NCBI RefSeq assembly: GCF_009914755.1
Contig: NC_060947.1
Direction: 5' to 3' (one strand)
Length of the DNA: 64,000 bases
Origin: the human T2T-CHM13v2.0 reference genome, Homo sapiens
The translations under genes and the position numbers were made by a program. A model generated the notes under the pieces. That model had not been told where the DNA came from. It saw only the letters and a program-made list of their open reading frames with translations, and did no database searches. Of the stretch, positions 16,620-30,360 are shown one piece after another. Positions within the stretch are counted from its first letter, which is position 1. The number at the start of each line of letters is the position of its first letter.

Positions 16620-19532
16620 TCAGGGTGTGTGTATATATATATATTTCTCTACCACCAAATCAGAAATATATGTATTTCTCTACCACCAAATCAGCTTTCC
16701 TCTGCACTTTCAGAGCAAGATTGACCCTTCATTTCAGCAGTTTCCTCAAACTCATTCATGGAAGGACTCAACACAGAAGCCCTGAGATGATTAATTGAAT
16801 AGCCTTTGTAAATGCTACCTTTGACTAAAACCCTGAAGATGTCATTTCCCTTCTTACCAGTCTATAGTTAAATATATATCATATGTGATTCCAACTAATA
16901 TTTTTGAGGGCCTGCTATGTTCTCAGCCCTGTATAGGTTTAAGTGCATATGTCGAGGGTGGTAGAATGTAACGATATGTAAGGTATAGTCTCTGTCCTCT
17001 AGGAATTTATCCTGTAAGACAGATAAAACAAAACCCAGTTACTCTGGTACAGGGCTATGTGTTATACGTACCATATTAGTGTTGTCAACAAGGTGCTAGT
17101 TTCAAGGAAGACAAGATCTCTTCCCTTCAGCATATATAATTTTAGTTTCCCAAAGAAGGAGGCATCCAAGCTGGGCCTTAAATTAATGGTGATATTTGCA
17201 CAGGCAAAGAGGTAAGCCTGAGCACTCAAAGTAGAAGGGACAGAGTGATAACCATCACAGAGTTAGGAATTTCTAAGAACCCCCAGCTGGGGCTTCACTG
17301 TGTATGTTTTTTTTTTATGTGGTAAAAATTTCTTGTGACTATAATATGGCAAAATCTCTAAGCTCCTGGATTACAGCCTCAAATGCTGTGCTTTACAAGT
17401 CAGACAGAAAGAAAGTAGGCTGTTTCCTAGAATGGTATGAATTCCCTGGTGAGTAGATCACAGAATGGGTATGCATGTGCCTTTCCCTTCTGAATAATAT
17501 GTCATTGCCTGTTTAATAGACAGCTGCATAGCAAATCTTAATATGTTTCTTAATAATGGCATATCTCTACCAAGATTCAATGTTCACCAAAAAATTCCAC
17601 AAGAAAGTTATGAATAGAAAATTCTCTTATCACGAACAGAAATTTGTCTACACCATACCAACCATCTAGCTAAGACAAACAAAAACATCCAGTAAAAATG
17701 TTGCCTACTCAGCATTAAACATATTGAAATATCTAGGAATACCTGGATAGTGGGCCAAATTTCTCAGTTTTCCCCAGTATAAAACAGAGAAATCAGCATT
17801 GTGTAGACATAGCCTTACTCTACCTATTGGCAGGCCAAATCTTTGAGCAGGTTCCCAGTCAAAACACCAGGCATTTCTGGTTGAGCTTCTAACACCTCAC
17901 TGATCTTAAAAAGAAATGTGTGCTACAGTATGGATAGATTGGACTTTTTATAATAGTGACTCACCTAATTTGCCCTCAATTTGGTACTAGTCATACAGCC
18001 ATGATGATTTAAAGGCACCATTCCCTCTTAACCAATCCATTTAAAAAGGATTCATATCTTGTCAGAAAATTTGACACCAAAGTGCACAATAGTCCTAACT
18101 TTTCATTAGAATCCTTTGCATGGTGTAGTTAATGCTAAAAATATTTAAAGTAGATTAAGAATAGAACAAAGAAATGAAGTGCAACTGTGACTGTGACAGG
18201 GTATGAATATTAATGATGCATTTTTTATTCCTTTTCTCATCTAGTACCATCCCCTGTACTTTTTGATTCAAAATCTTACTTAACTTATAATGAAACGTTA
18301 AATACTAGCCCTTGGTTCTCTGTGATATGCTACATATATAAAGATAGAATTAATCTTTAGTCTAATATCTGTCTGAGGGATAAGGTGCTAAACCACCATA
18401 TTATGGCTCCCCACTGTCTAAGGCATAAAGTCCAATCTCCTTAGGCTGACATCCAAGACCCTCCACAGGCTGGCTTCAATAAGCTTTTTTAAAGTCATCT
18501 CTCACTACCACTTTAGATGAATCATCCACTACAGCCACTGGGATCTCATCACTGTCCCCTGAAAATGCCACGATTAGTCTTCCCTCTGCATATTTACTCA
18601 GTCTGTGCTTCTCATTTTAACTCCATTTTTCAACTTCCATGCATTCCTCATAGCTCAACACAAGCTTTTCATTTGCAAAGTTTCCATCAGCCACACCAAA
18701 CCCACTCTGTTTCAAATTAGTTAGTGCCTTTGCTGTGTGGCCCTAATGTTAAAGCTTGTACTTGGCTTCAGATACATCACTCATGTTTCTATGTATTATT
18801 TCAGTCATGAGTAACTTTTCAGTCATGACTATCTGATCTCCCTAACTAGATTACAAGCTCTTTAAGGGCAGGGACACCCCACACAACCAAGAGAATACTA
18901 AGTACATAGTGATCAGTGTTTAGCACTTAAATGCACAGTATTCAAGCACTGCTACTGCCTGAAGTCCTTTACCTTTATGCATGGGTGACATAACCATGTG
19001 GCCATCAAACAGCATCCTCATCTCAGCCCTCAAGGCAACTCACTACATAACATTTACAACCTACCTTCTCAGACTTCACTCTGCTCCAGCCAAGACGCAT
19101 TGTGTCCCACAAACTCCACCCCACTCCCTCTCTCTTTTGTGCCTTTCTACATGTCACTTCCTTCTCCTGGAATGCCTTGCTCCTCATCTCCTTGCTGTAA
19201 AAATCCTTATTAGGCCCATCTCAAATTCTATTTCCTCTGTTAAGCCCTCCCCGGTAAATCTAGCCAACTATAGTATTGTCTCCACCTACTCATTAAATTC
19301 ATCATCACTTACTCACTTTGATATTTGATATTATTTATATGTGGATACCTTTCCATTGTTCTCTATTGTTTCCATTTAGAGAATGAACTGAATAGTATTA
19401 TCTGATCAAATCACACTTATCCCCAAACTGCTTAGTTGGTGTTAGAGTGCCAATAAATAAAGTTCAAAATCCTTAACATAGCATTTGAAACCCTCTACAA
19501 GAGGCTCTAGCCAACCTTACCAGTTTCATTTT

Positions 19533-19903
19533 TGTCTTAGTCATCTTAGTCACCACAGATGGGTGGCATAAACAACAGAAATTTATTTTCTCACGGTTCT
19601 GGAGGCTAGAAGTCCAAAATTAAGGTGCCAGCATAGTCAGTTTCTTTTGAGGGCTCTCTTCCTGGCTTGTAGATAGTTGCCTTTTCACAGTGTTCCATGG
19701 CAGGAGTAAAGAGAGAACAAGCTCCCTGTTATAAGTACCTCTTCTTATGAGAGCACTAATCTCATCTTGAAAACTCCACCATTATGAGCTCATCCAAACC
19801 CATTTACTTCTCAAAAGTCTCATCTCCAAATATTATCATATTGAGAGTTAAGACTCCAACATATGGATTTGAGGTAGGGGAAAAACAATTCAGTCTATAG
19901 CAA
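19533..19903 (-). mobile_element. MLT1A/B-type MaLR LTR
   Basis: aacaacagaaatttattttctcacggttctggaggctagaagtccaa...aattcagtctatagca. Confidence 0.85.
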
Positions 19904-19949
19904 TCTCCCACTATACCATGTACAGTCATCCAATTGAATGGATAGATAT

Positions 19950-20165
19950 GTAGACTAAGTGCATAGGCTCCAGATTCTACCTCTTCTTAGCTGTGTAGAG
20001 TTGGACAAATAATCTATTGTGAGTTTTGGTTTCCTTATCTATAAAACGGAGACAATAATGTTACTCAATTCATAGTATTACCATGAAGAATAAATGAGAT
20101 AATTTACATAAAACACATAGTCTCATGTCTAACACAGAGTTAAGTGTTCAATAAATGGTCACTGT
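19950..20165 (+). mobile_element. MIR
   Basis: ggtttccttatctataaaacggagacaataat...aaatgagataat...tcaataaatg. Confidence 0.8.
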
Positions 20166-20865
20166 GCTTATGACATGCCCATGCTGACTACTTTTCCTAG
20201 AATGTCTTCTCTCCAGGTCTGCTTATCTATCACCTGCTATCAGTCCTTCAGGGCACAACTCCAGATACGACTACCATATCCTCCACAAGCTTTCTCAGAT
20301 CTATTGAGTCAGAATTATAGTCTCTATCTTCCAATGTGCTGTGTTTATGACTCTATTCTGGCCTTTAGTATAGGTTCCCTCATTCTACTTGAATAATATA
20401 TTTTAATGCCAAAGCATTAAATTGCAAGCTCATGACCTGGAGGGACATGTATCCCCTTGCTTACAGTAAGAGCTTCATGCAATAAACCATACTGGGGTAA
20501 GAGTCAGGGTACCATAGTTTTAGTTCTAGTGGTGCTGTCTTTATGTAGTGGTGGTCCCTTCAAAGAATTACTCTTACAGTTTTTGCTCAATTTTCTCAGC
20601 AATAAAACAACATCCTCAGCTTACAAATTTTTTTTACTAATAAACATGTATGTTGTAGGAACTTTATGGGATCTGATTATGAATCCCAGCTCTGCCACTT
20701 ACTAGTCGTGTGACCCTGGACAAGTCTCTTAACTTCTTTGCACCTCAGTTTCTTCCCCTGAAAACAGGAAAATTTATTTTAAAAATTAAAAAAAAAAAAA
20801 AAGACTGGGAAAGCCAGGCTACAACTCAGTAAAAACTCAGTAAGTGTTCATTCCTTCCTTTATTC

Positions 20866-21296
20866 TTATGGTTTGAATGTTTGTCCCCTCCAAAATTCAT
20901 TTGAAATTTAATTGTTAACATAACAATATTAGGAGGTGGGGCCTTTAAGAGGTGTTGAGATCGTAAGGGCTCTGCCCTCAGTGTTGAGATCGTAAGGGCT
21001 CTGCCCTCATAGGTGGCTCTAATGCCATTTAAAAGGGGTTTTAGGGAGTGAGTCCTCTCTCTCTTTGCTGTTTTGCTCTTCTGTGATGTGAAGAACGGCA
21101 TTCCTGCCCTCTAGAGGATGCTTCTTTCAAGGTACCATCTTGGAAGCAGACACCGGGCCCTCCCCAGACACTAAACCTACCGGCATCTTGATCCTGGACT
21201 TCCCAGCCTCCAAAACTGTAAGAAATAAATTTCTGTTATTTATTAATTACTCAGTCTCAGGTATACTGTTATAGCAGCATAAAAGAGACCTAGGCA
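20866..21296 (+). mobile_element. MST/MLT1A-type MaLR solo LTR with an internal 29-bp tandem duplication (20952-21009)
   Basis: Begins tatggtttgaatgtttgtcccctccaaaattcat. LTR poly(A) region aagaaataaatttctgtt...gttatagcagca. gtgttgagatcgtaagggctctgccctca occurs twice in tandem. Confidence 0.88.
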
Positions 21297-24200
21297 ATTC
21301 TCCATTCCCACTCTGGGCAAGGATGCACTTTTCTGGCTCTGCTTTCAGTCCTGTCTCTATTTTCCCTGGGGAACCTATTCCTCTCTAACATCATTGGTCA
21401 CTTCCTTGTCTATATTTTAATCCCAATGCCCTTTTGTTCTGCTAAAGTGCCTACCTCTATCCCTCTCCCTGCTATATATTCTCCCCATTTCAATGAGACA
21501 CTGGTAATAACCTGGAGCTGAGAAAATTCCTGGAAGCACTGATTTGCCACCTGAAGGAGTAGCAAAACAAAGCTTTCTTCACGCACTGGTAAAGCTTCAG
21601 TAGGAAAGAGGGTGTTTCTGGAACCCATGATTGAAATATGGAATGTATTTTCCCACAGAAGCACAGCTTCAAATGATCATCAGTAGCTATGGTATTATTA
21701 GTACAGCATGATCTTTTAGATTATGGGTTACAAAGGCTTTTATGGGCTGGCTCGGGAAGCTAATTACCATGGAGACCATTGTTTTCTGTAGGAAAATGTA
21801 TTGCACATTCGAAGGTGATTCACAAGCAATTTTGAGACATAAGCCATACATGAGTTACACATTTTCTTTACTTCTTTTCTATCTTATGCACAATCAAGCA
21901 TAGAGCTAGGCACTCCAAAGTGCTAACTACTTACAGAAAGTGGATAACTAAAACAGTCACTTGCAGGTCCCTGTACATACATACATACAATGTGGCCTCT
22001 TAAAGCAAGTCGTTAAGCTGCACCCTCTCCCTGGAATACCCTGTCTCCCCCAGCTCACCTGGCTTTTACCTTCTCTGCCTTCCAAGTTTACTTCAGACTT
22101 CGCATCCTTCTCAAACCCTGGCAAACACTTCTGATCCCCCATGTGGCTAGATGCTCTTATTCTCTGTCCCCAGAAGCCCCACATTTATACCACTCCCAGA
22201 ACATTTATAATGCATTTTCACTCCTTAGTTACTTGTTTGCTTGTTTATTTCATCCACTTGAAGACAGGGACTTTTATCTTGGCCCCAGCGTATAGGACAG
22301 TACCTGATTCTCAGTAGGCAGTCAGAGAAAGTCTACTAAATGAATGAAAAACTAGGAGCTACAGGCGCAATGGAAAACACACAGGTGGTTATCTTCACAG
22401 GACAGAGAGGTGGGGGCTGTGGGAAAGGCACATAGCTGAGCTGAAGAACAAGAACTATAAATGGCAGCACAGTAAGCACACAGGCTACCATGGCCTAGAT
22501 GCTTAGTCTCCCACATACTCTGCATGACCATTAAGTACTCAATATTAGTGGACTACATTTAAAAAGCAGATAATTACATAATATTGGAACTACTAGGGAC
22601 ATAAGAGATAAACTTATCTTTCTCTGGCATTTTCCAGAGGCAGAAATTGAACCCCAAACAGGAGCTAGGACTTGTTATTCACTCAAAGCAAACATCTAAG
22701 AGTTACTCTTACACAACAGCTCCCTTCTTGAACTAACAAACAACCAGCCAAGGTAAACATTGTGCTCAAAGGGAACTCCAAAATGTTGCTTTTAACCTTC
22801 TACTTGTCTTGTAGGGTCAGCCCTACATAGACTAAGGCAACCTACGGTAGTGTGAAGAATAAAATCCCTCAGAGATGGAAAGAACCCCTCCAAAACCACC
22901 CAGCTCAAACTGTTCCTATGCAATAAAAATCTGCTTTGACACTAATCTCAACAAGTGTCAACCACCCCCTGCACAAACAATTGTATTCATGCCATGTTAG
23001 ATTTCCCAGTATCTCTAGCAAAGGTATTTTGTATTGATATTGGCAATATTGTATAAATACCCTGTACTTATGATAATATTTAACTTCATTTTTAAGAAGT
23101 ATGAGTACGGTTGCAAATAAATGGCACTAGAGTCAGCTGTTTGAACAACACAAATGGTCAAAAAGCATATTGGCATACAGGGGCACCTGTATATATGTAC
23201 ATATGTGTATACCAATATGTATTGGCATATTGGTATACAGGGCGACTGGTATATACTGGAAAACTTCCAACAGCAAAAAAATAGATCTCTCTTATTGGTA
23301 ATTTTTTTCCATCTTAAAGAGTATTTGAAGATTTAAATGGGGATTTTCTAGCCAGAATTGTCAATTGCAGAGATCATTCAATGAAGTATCAGTTTGCTTT
23401 TCAATCCTCATCTTTTTACATGTTTTATGAATAGTAACTGGTGGAGTAAAAACAGCACTGGACTAGTATTCGGGAGATCTAGGTTCTAGTCCTGGATCTG
23501 TCACTGACCAGCTGTGCTACCCTGAGTAAATTACTCCTTTTCTAGAAGCACCAATTTCCCCATCTATAAAATGAACAGATGAAATAGACGAGTATTCCCT
23601 CAGAGCCTTTCTTTAATATTTTTATATGTGTTCTGGGTTTGATTTCATTTGTCAAAAAGAGTTCTAGTGCTTTAAAAATATTCACCAATTATTGAACTAG
23701 ACATCTTCATGGTCATTTATTGCTTAACAGTCTGTGATTCTTAATTGTTTGTTAGTGTGCAAGAATCTAGGGATACAACAGTTTCAAAATGATACTATTC
23801 CCCAAAATTTGCTATTAAACTAGAAATTACCTCCTGAAAATGAAAAAAAGTAGTAGATAAAGAAGGCCACCTACAGAAGTCTTCCCACCCTAAAATGGTT
23901 TGTAAATGTGCTACTGATGAGTTTCCAGTGTCAATTCAATTTTCATCCAGACCAAACTATGAATAACGTAAGCTAGACTGTGACAAGTAATGTCATAACA
24001 ACTGGAGGCGGCAGAGTGTTTGCATGGATTCTAGGAAGAGCCAAAGTGAGAATGTGTCTGTGTGCTCTGTCCAGGAGAATCAGTGCTCTGATTCTAAAAA
24101 CAAACACCAGTTCTCTAGAGATGAATATTTCTGGACCAATATTTCTAGAACAATCTGTCATGCCACCATAGCTTGATGGAAATGTCCCCTGAGGACATCA

Positions 24201-25287
24201 GATTCTCTTTATTCTACATCTATGCTTTCAAAGTAAAACACTGATATATCATTTCATCTCCAGAGTGAACTTCCAACTAGGAGGATGTGCTGTGTGCAAA
24301 ATACTGATAGCAGCCAAATACAATTGTATAATAAATTAAGACAATGGACCTCTGGAAGATCAGAGTTGTCTGATTTTGATTAATATGCATAAACTGACCG
24401 AACTGAGTTTCTGTTCTGAAAAACTAAGATCCATATGCCAAATCTGGAATGGCCTCAACAAGAAGGGCATTCATCCAGGCTGTCTATACTGAAATGGCCA
24501 GTATCTCATTAGCACTATTCCATTCCTTAACAAAACTGCAGTATAGCAGATTATCTGTTTCTTGGGGCCCAGCATTAATGACATGAAGGACATATTCCAG
24601 TCTAGACTCACTAACCCCATTATCTTTGCTCTATTTCAGGGCCATAATTTTAGCCAACCTGCCAGGAGGTCAAAGTCAATGAAGATTTAATAAGTACTGT
24701 GTAAAAGGCAACAGCCATAGGGAAAACTAGGTTGGAAAAAAGTGCCTGCTATCACTGTAAACTTACAAATGAATACTGCTGAAAATAAAAGATAAAACCC
24801 TTTCCCATTTAAGGATGGATCTGTGATTTTATTTCAAACTCCCAAGAACATCACATATGATGCTGTATGATGTAACAAACCTCATTTCCAGGTCTCTGAC
24901 CTCATTTCAGCCATCTTCTCAACACTCACCCTATGCCCTGTTTATATAATATATTGGCAGTTCCCTGCGTGCAGCATGCTGTCTTACTGGTCCATACTTT
25001 TACATATATAGCTTTTTCTGCCTAGAGTACCCTCCTCACACTGAACTTTCCGATTCAGCTCAGGTTTCATCATATTCCCTAAACCTCCACTGAGAATGAG
25101 TTGTGTCCTCCTATGTGTCTCCATAGAGGCCTGTATATATGCCACTAAAGCTCTTATGTTACTGTATTGTAATTGCCGATTTTCTTGTCTATATTTCCTC
25201 TTATAATATCAGCTCCTTGAGAGAAGATATGGCATTTTGTTCATTTCTTTATCTACGGTTACCTAATAAACAGTAGCCATGTATTAG

Positions 25288-25602
25288 TATAGTCATGGTC
25301 ACATATGAAGTTTCAGTCAGTGACAGACTGCATATACAATAGTGGTCCCATAAGATTATAATATAGCTGAAAATTTTTTTATGCTTCGATATATAAGTGC
25401 TTACCCTTGTGTTAGTTGACTACAGTATTCAGTATAGTAACATGCTGTACAGGTCTGTAGCATAGGATCAATAGGCTATGCCTTGTAGTCTAGGTAGGTA
25501 GTAGGCTATGCCATCTAGGTGTGTGTCAGCACACTCTATAATGTTTGGACCATGACACTGTTCTCAGAATGTATCTCCATCATTAAGCAATGCATAACTG
25601 TA
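25288..25602 (+). mobile_element. Tigger3/GOLEM-type DNA transposon relic inserted in an L2 tail
   Basis: gactgcatatacaatagtggtcccataagattataat; degenerate terminal inverted repeats (tagtcatg...cataactg) with TA flanks. Confidence 0.75.
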
Positions 25603-27349
25603 TTTGTTTGCTGAATAAATGACCCAACTACTGTATAGGAAACAGTACAGAAGAACAACAGGAGTAGATCAAACCACTTGGAGCCATAAATTTGAGTTAT
25701 AAACAATTTGCTTTACATAGTCACATGCTGAACTTTTCAATGTGGTTTCTCCATGTTTCAAACTTCCTCTCCAGCAGTTCTGCCATAGTAAAGCCATCAA
25801 ACACTGGAGATTTTGTTATTAATTGTTGATCACTTTCTTAATGAAACTCAAAATAAATCATTCTACTGGGAGCAGAGTGAAATCAATAACCAGAGCCAGA
25901 GTTAAAAGAAAGAAGAGAAAATCAACACCAGAATGGTCTTGAAAAAGGTCACAATGCCTTTCCATTCTTCCAAGAGCTCTTTGTGAATTGGATTCCACAT
26001 TCATCTTTCCTTCTGGGTATTTGCAATAATGTCAGACTAAATAATAAATGTCAGATGAGCTGAAAAATATCTGGTTAAGAGGATAGCATTTCTGTCACAG
26101 CTTAAGAAAGGCTATTCAAAACTTCCCACAAAAATGTGTTTTCAAACATTTATAGACCTAAGGCAATGTTACACTTTCTGGGGAGGATAGAGAGCATTTC
26201 TTTCCTCATTCCTCCTTCAGCTTTTTAACAAATATCTCCTTCCTCCTTTTAGTGATATCATTGCACTTCAGCTTGTCTTTTTTATTTAAAAAAAAAGACG
26301 ATGAAAGAAGAAAAAAATCTATCAGTAATAGCCACAACGTTATTGCTTCAAATGGCCATTTTTGTGCTAACTTCTATCATCTGGTTTATGACAGGATTGA
26401 AAAGTTTATATCTCCCTTTTTGAACATGGTTCCTCTTCTCTCCAACTCAATTTTCTCTCTTCTCTTTATCTCCCTCATTCACCCACCCCCCCACCTTAGT
26501 TACCTCTGGGGTTGTTACTTTCCAATATCTCATACACATTATGTAATTTGGATTCAGTGAGAATTATTGAATTGATTTTGGTACTATTTTCAATTTTTGA
26601 CATATATTGATTTTAGCTTTAGGTGCTTAATTCCATGCTATTACAAATAAATTTTAGGTTTTCCACTTCAAAATCAAAGTTATATGTTTTGGCTATGGTG
26701 TATATTATTCATTATTTGCTTGATATTTTATTTTTATTACCTCAAAGCACAACTTTCTATTAAGAATAAACTAAAATAATTGGTGGATGAATGCCCTGGG
26801 TCCTGTCACAGCCCTAGCTGGGATTTTCTACACAAAGAAGTAAGAGCATCTAATGTTTGAAAGTCTTTGCAATGCAGACTCTTGGATTAGGTACTACAGG
26901 GATATCAGGAGACTGTGGCTCAGATAATTTAACTCAGTTGAAAGCCAATTCAAGCCTCCCTCAGAATTGTGCCTAGGCCTGACAGGACCTGTGTGCCAGA
27001 TGCATCCCTGTAAGAAGAAGAACATTTATTTCACTTAGTTATCACAAATGTGTCTCCTTAATGACAAAAACTTCCTTTACCTTTTCATTCCTCTAAGCAA
27101 TATTGTACCCCTATTGTGATTTCCCAAGTGAGAGGTAAGAACAAGTATTCCAATCCTTTTGGCAGAAACATTTATCATTGTAAATTAATGAATTGGTTTT
27201 TAAACATTGCTCTGTGCCTTGGTGGTATAAATTTGATTTCCCAGAGCTAAATCAACCTGGTGCAAACATCACCAAGGTCAACCCACAAAACTGAAACCAG
27301 GCAGAAATAGAAAGACTTAAATCCTTAATATTTTCATTACTTATGTTAT

Positions 27350-27965
27350 AATGTACAAAGTCCTTAGCATAGCATTCTATATCCTTCATAATCTGACTTC
27401 TGCCCTTCTAGCTTTAGTCTTCTGCATCTCCCCTGCATTATACCACAATTTAGCTACTCATACTTCTACGCATTGTTTCATGCCCCATTCCTATACCACC
27501 CTCCACTCCCATTGTGCCTAGTGAATCCAAGACCCAGTGCAAATATTAACTGGTCCATAAAGCCTTCTCCTAACTCCTTAGGCACAATTGCTATTTCCTT
27601 GATGTGGTCATAGCAGTTGATTTATATCTCTAACACAACACATAGTGCATTACATTATAGTTATGTGTCTATCTTTCTCACTCAACTGTGAGTGCCTTGA
27701 GGACAAAGAACCATGTTTCATTTATCTTAATGCCCAATCCCCAGAATTAGAGTTAGTCACACTCTCCTATGTACTCCCTCAGTCCTCTGGGCATACCTCT
27801 TTTGTCACATGTACTGCACTGGATCAAAATCATATCTTTACAAGCCTATCTTTTATATTGTGAGCTCCTTTAGATCAATGACTATGTTATAGTCATTCTT
27901 GTAACCCCAGCAATTAGCACAGGGAGACAAACAGAAAGTGCTCAATAAATATTTGGCAAAATGAA
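27350..27965 (+). mobile_element. L2 relic(s)
   Basis: tgtgagtgccttgaggacaaagaac, tgtgagctcctt, and the terminal gtgctcaataaatattt. Confidence 0.65.
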
Positions 27966-28169
27966 GTAGAACACAGGCCTTAATATCTTTAGCCCCATTT
28001 TTTGACTACCTGAGCTACCATTAAATGGGACAGACTAACAATTTAGATAGATTTAAAATGTAAAAGTGATGATAATGTGGACATATTGACCAATCTTTAA
28101 AATTATGATGTAATCATAAACATAAATATAGCTTTACTACTAGCCATAAAAAAACATAGAAAATCAAAG

Positions 28170-28380
28170 TATTTCCACAGATATTTATTGAGCTCCTATT
28201 ATGTGCCAGAACTTTCCAAGCACTGGGAATACAACAGAGAATGAGATAAATTCCTGGTACTGTACTCATGAAGCTTACATTGTAGAAGGAAGAGAAAGGC
28301 AACAACAATAACAAATTAAAAAAATTTTAAATATAGAATCTGACTGGAGGTAGTAAGTACCATGGAAAATAAAGCAAGAT
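28170..28380 (-). mobile_element. L2 3' end relic
   Basis: atatttattgagctcctattatgtgccag...catgaagcttacatt. Confidence 0.75.
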
Positions 28381-29679
28381 AATTATTCTGATAATGTTGA
28401 TAATTCAAGAAGAAAACACATTTGTCTTGGCCATGTGGCAGCCTAAGTGTTTCTTTAGGTCGATTTTATAAGCCTTTTGATTCTGCAGGTTGTTGAGTAT
28501 GTAAGAAAATAAAAACTGATGTTTTGGCATTATCAATGATTGATATAATCCACATAATCATTGCTGCTAATGCCAGCATTATTAAGCCTGGCAAGGGTAG
28601 GTGGGCAGACAATGAGAAAGAAAAAGAGGGAAGAAAGTAAAGTAAAGAAAATGCCTGGAGTACTCTAAGTTTGCATTTTCCCAAGTATTAATTAGCCCTT
28701 GCAATCTCTGTCATGGGGCTACTATATGGGCAAATTGCCCTTATATTAAAATCCACTGGATACTCTAGTACCTAAATCCAAATGGACCTAGTTTTACTAG
28801 CTTCTATACAACAGATAAATATTCTAGCAAGATTCCAATTGTATCATTCTTCTCTACCTCCATTTCTTATCACTAAAGGTGTCTTCCAATTTTTTTCCCT
28901 GATCATAAACCATCTCCTGTCAGGCAGTAGCAATTATGTGTTTTTGAAATTCTCACTTCTTAAGAACTAATGCAAATCCACCTTTAAAGCAGATGCCCAA
29001 GTGCTAAAATATAGCACTTTGTTAAAATATTGTTATTCTGCAGTATTTCTGGAAAATGAAATAGTGTAGTTCTAGTTTTTAACGAAGAAATGTGGCAATG
29101 TTATTATAGGCTTAGCTACAGTTCTCAAATCTTTACAAAGGCATCAGTAGACTAAGTTATTCAGCAAACAAAGAATATATGTGTTTTGAGTAGACAATAG
29201 TCAAGTTGCCATGCTGATTGTTGCTACATAAATATTCTGATATTAAAACCAAATTTTCATATCTTCAGGAAAAAAAGAGGCATTTACTGCAGAAAAGACA
29301 ATCTGGTTACTGGTGGTTTTTTTTTAAATAACTATTTTCAAATAACAGAGAAATAATATTTTTAATAACCTAAGAATATGTTTATTATCATTTGTGCCAT
29401 ATACTGACCTATATGTTCTTATAAAGTTTCATGTATACAAAATGTAAAACAAGGCCCTATTTCCATGTCAATTCTGTTTAAAATGGAAAAACTGGGATCA
29501 CCTCTGTCACCCTCCTTACAATTCATATCCTCATTTGCACTTCAGTGGCTTAGGGCTGAGCCCTCAGGGAAGAAATCAGCATGAAATTGTTAATAAATAT
29601 TTTGTAATTACTCATTTGTTCACACTTTTCTCTGTCTTCCCTCTATTCATTTAGAAACAAATTTAACACAAGTATTTTG

Positions 29680-30360
29680 TGTTCATTTCAGAAAAATTAG
29701 ACACTAATAAGCAGAAACAAAATAGAAACATATATAATTATACCACCCAATAATAAACACAATTAATATTTTGGTATATGGCCATTCAATACTTATATAT
29801 AGGTAAGTATAAGCAGATATATCAAGATATACAGGTATTGCAAGTATATAATAAAAATGGAATTGTACTATTTTGTAAACTATTTTTTCTCACTTAAGTC
29901 TATAGGGAATATCTTTCTACCTTAATAAATGTGGTTGTACATCATTGTTTTTCAGTAGCTGCATAATGTATCTCATTGTGTGGAAATTTCAAAATTTATT
30001 TTACTACTTCTCTATTATTCTATATTGAAGTTGTTTAGATTATTTTTCTATTATATTTAACCCAGCTAGGAACATCCTCACAGCTTAACTGCTGTAAACA
30101 ATCATTTATTTTTCAAAGAAAATATACAAGAAGCAAATGATCAAAAGGCATGAAAATATTTAAGGGTTTTCATACATATTTTCAAAATGCATTCCAGAAA
30201 GACTGCCCAATTTATATTCAGCTGCCATTAAAAATAATGACAGTGACGATAACACTAGAGCCATCCAGTTTTTCTGTAGTCTCATTGATACTCGGTATTA
30301 TCATTCTTCTTAATATCTGTTAATTAGACAGGCAAAAATGTATAATGTTATCTCTTAAAT
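29680..30360 (-). mobile_element. Ancient L1ME fragment
   Basis: Antisense 3'-end motifs (atcattgtttttcagtagctgcataatg; ttccagaaagactgcccaatttatattc). Confidence 0.6.
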
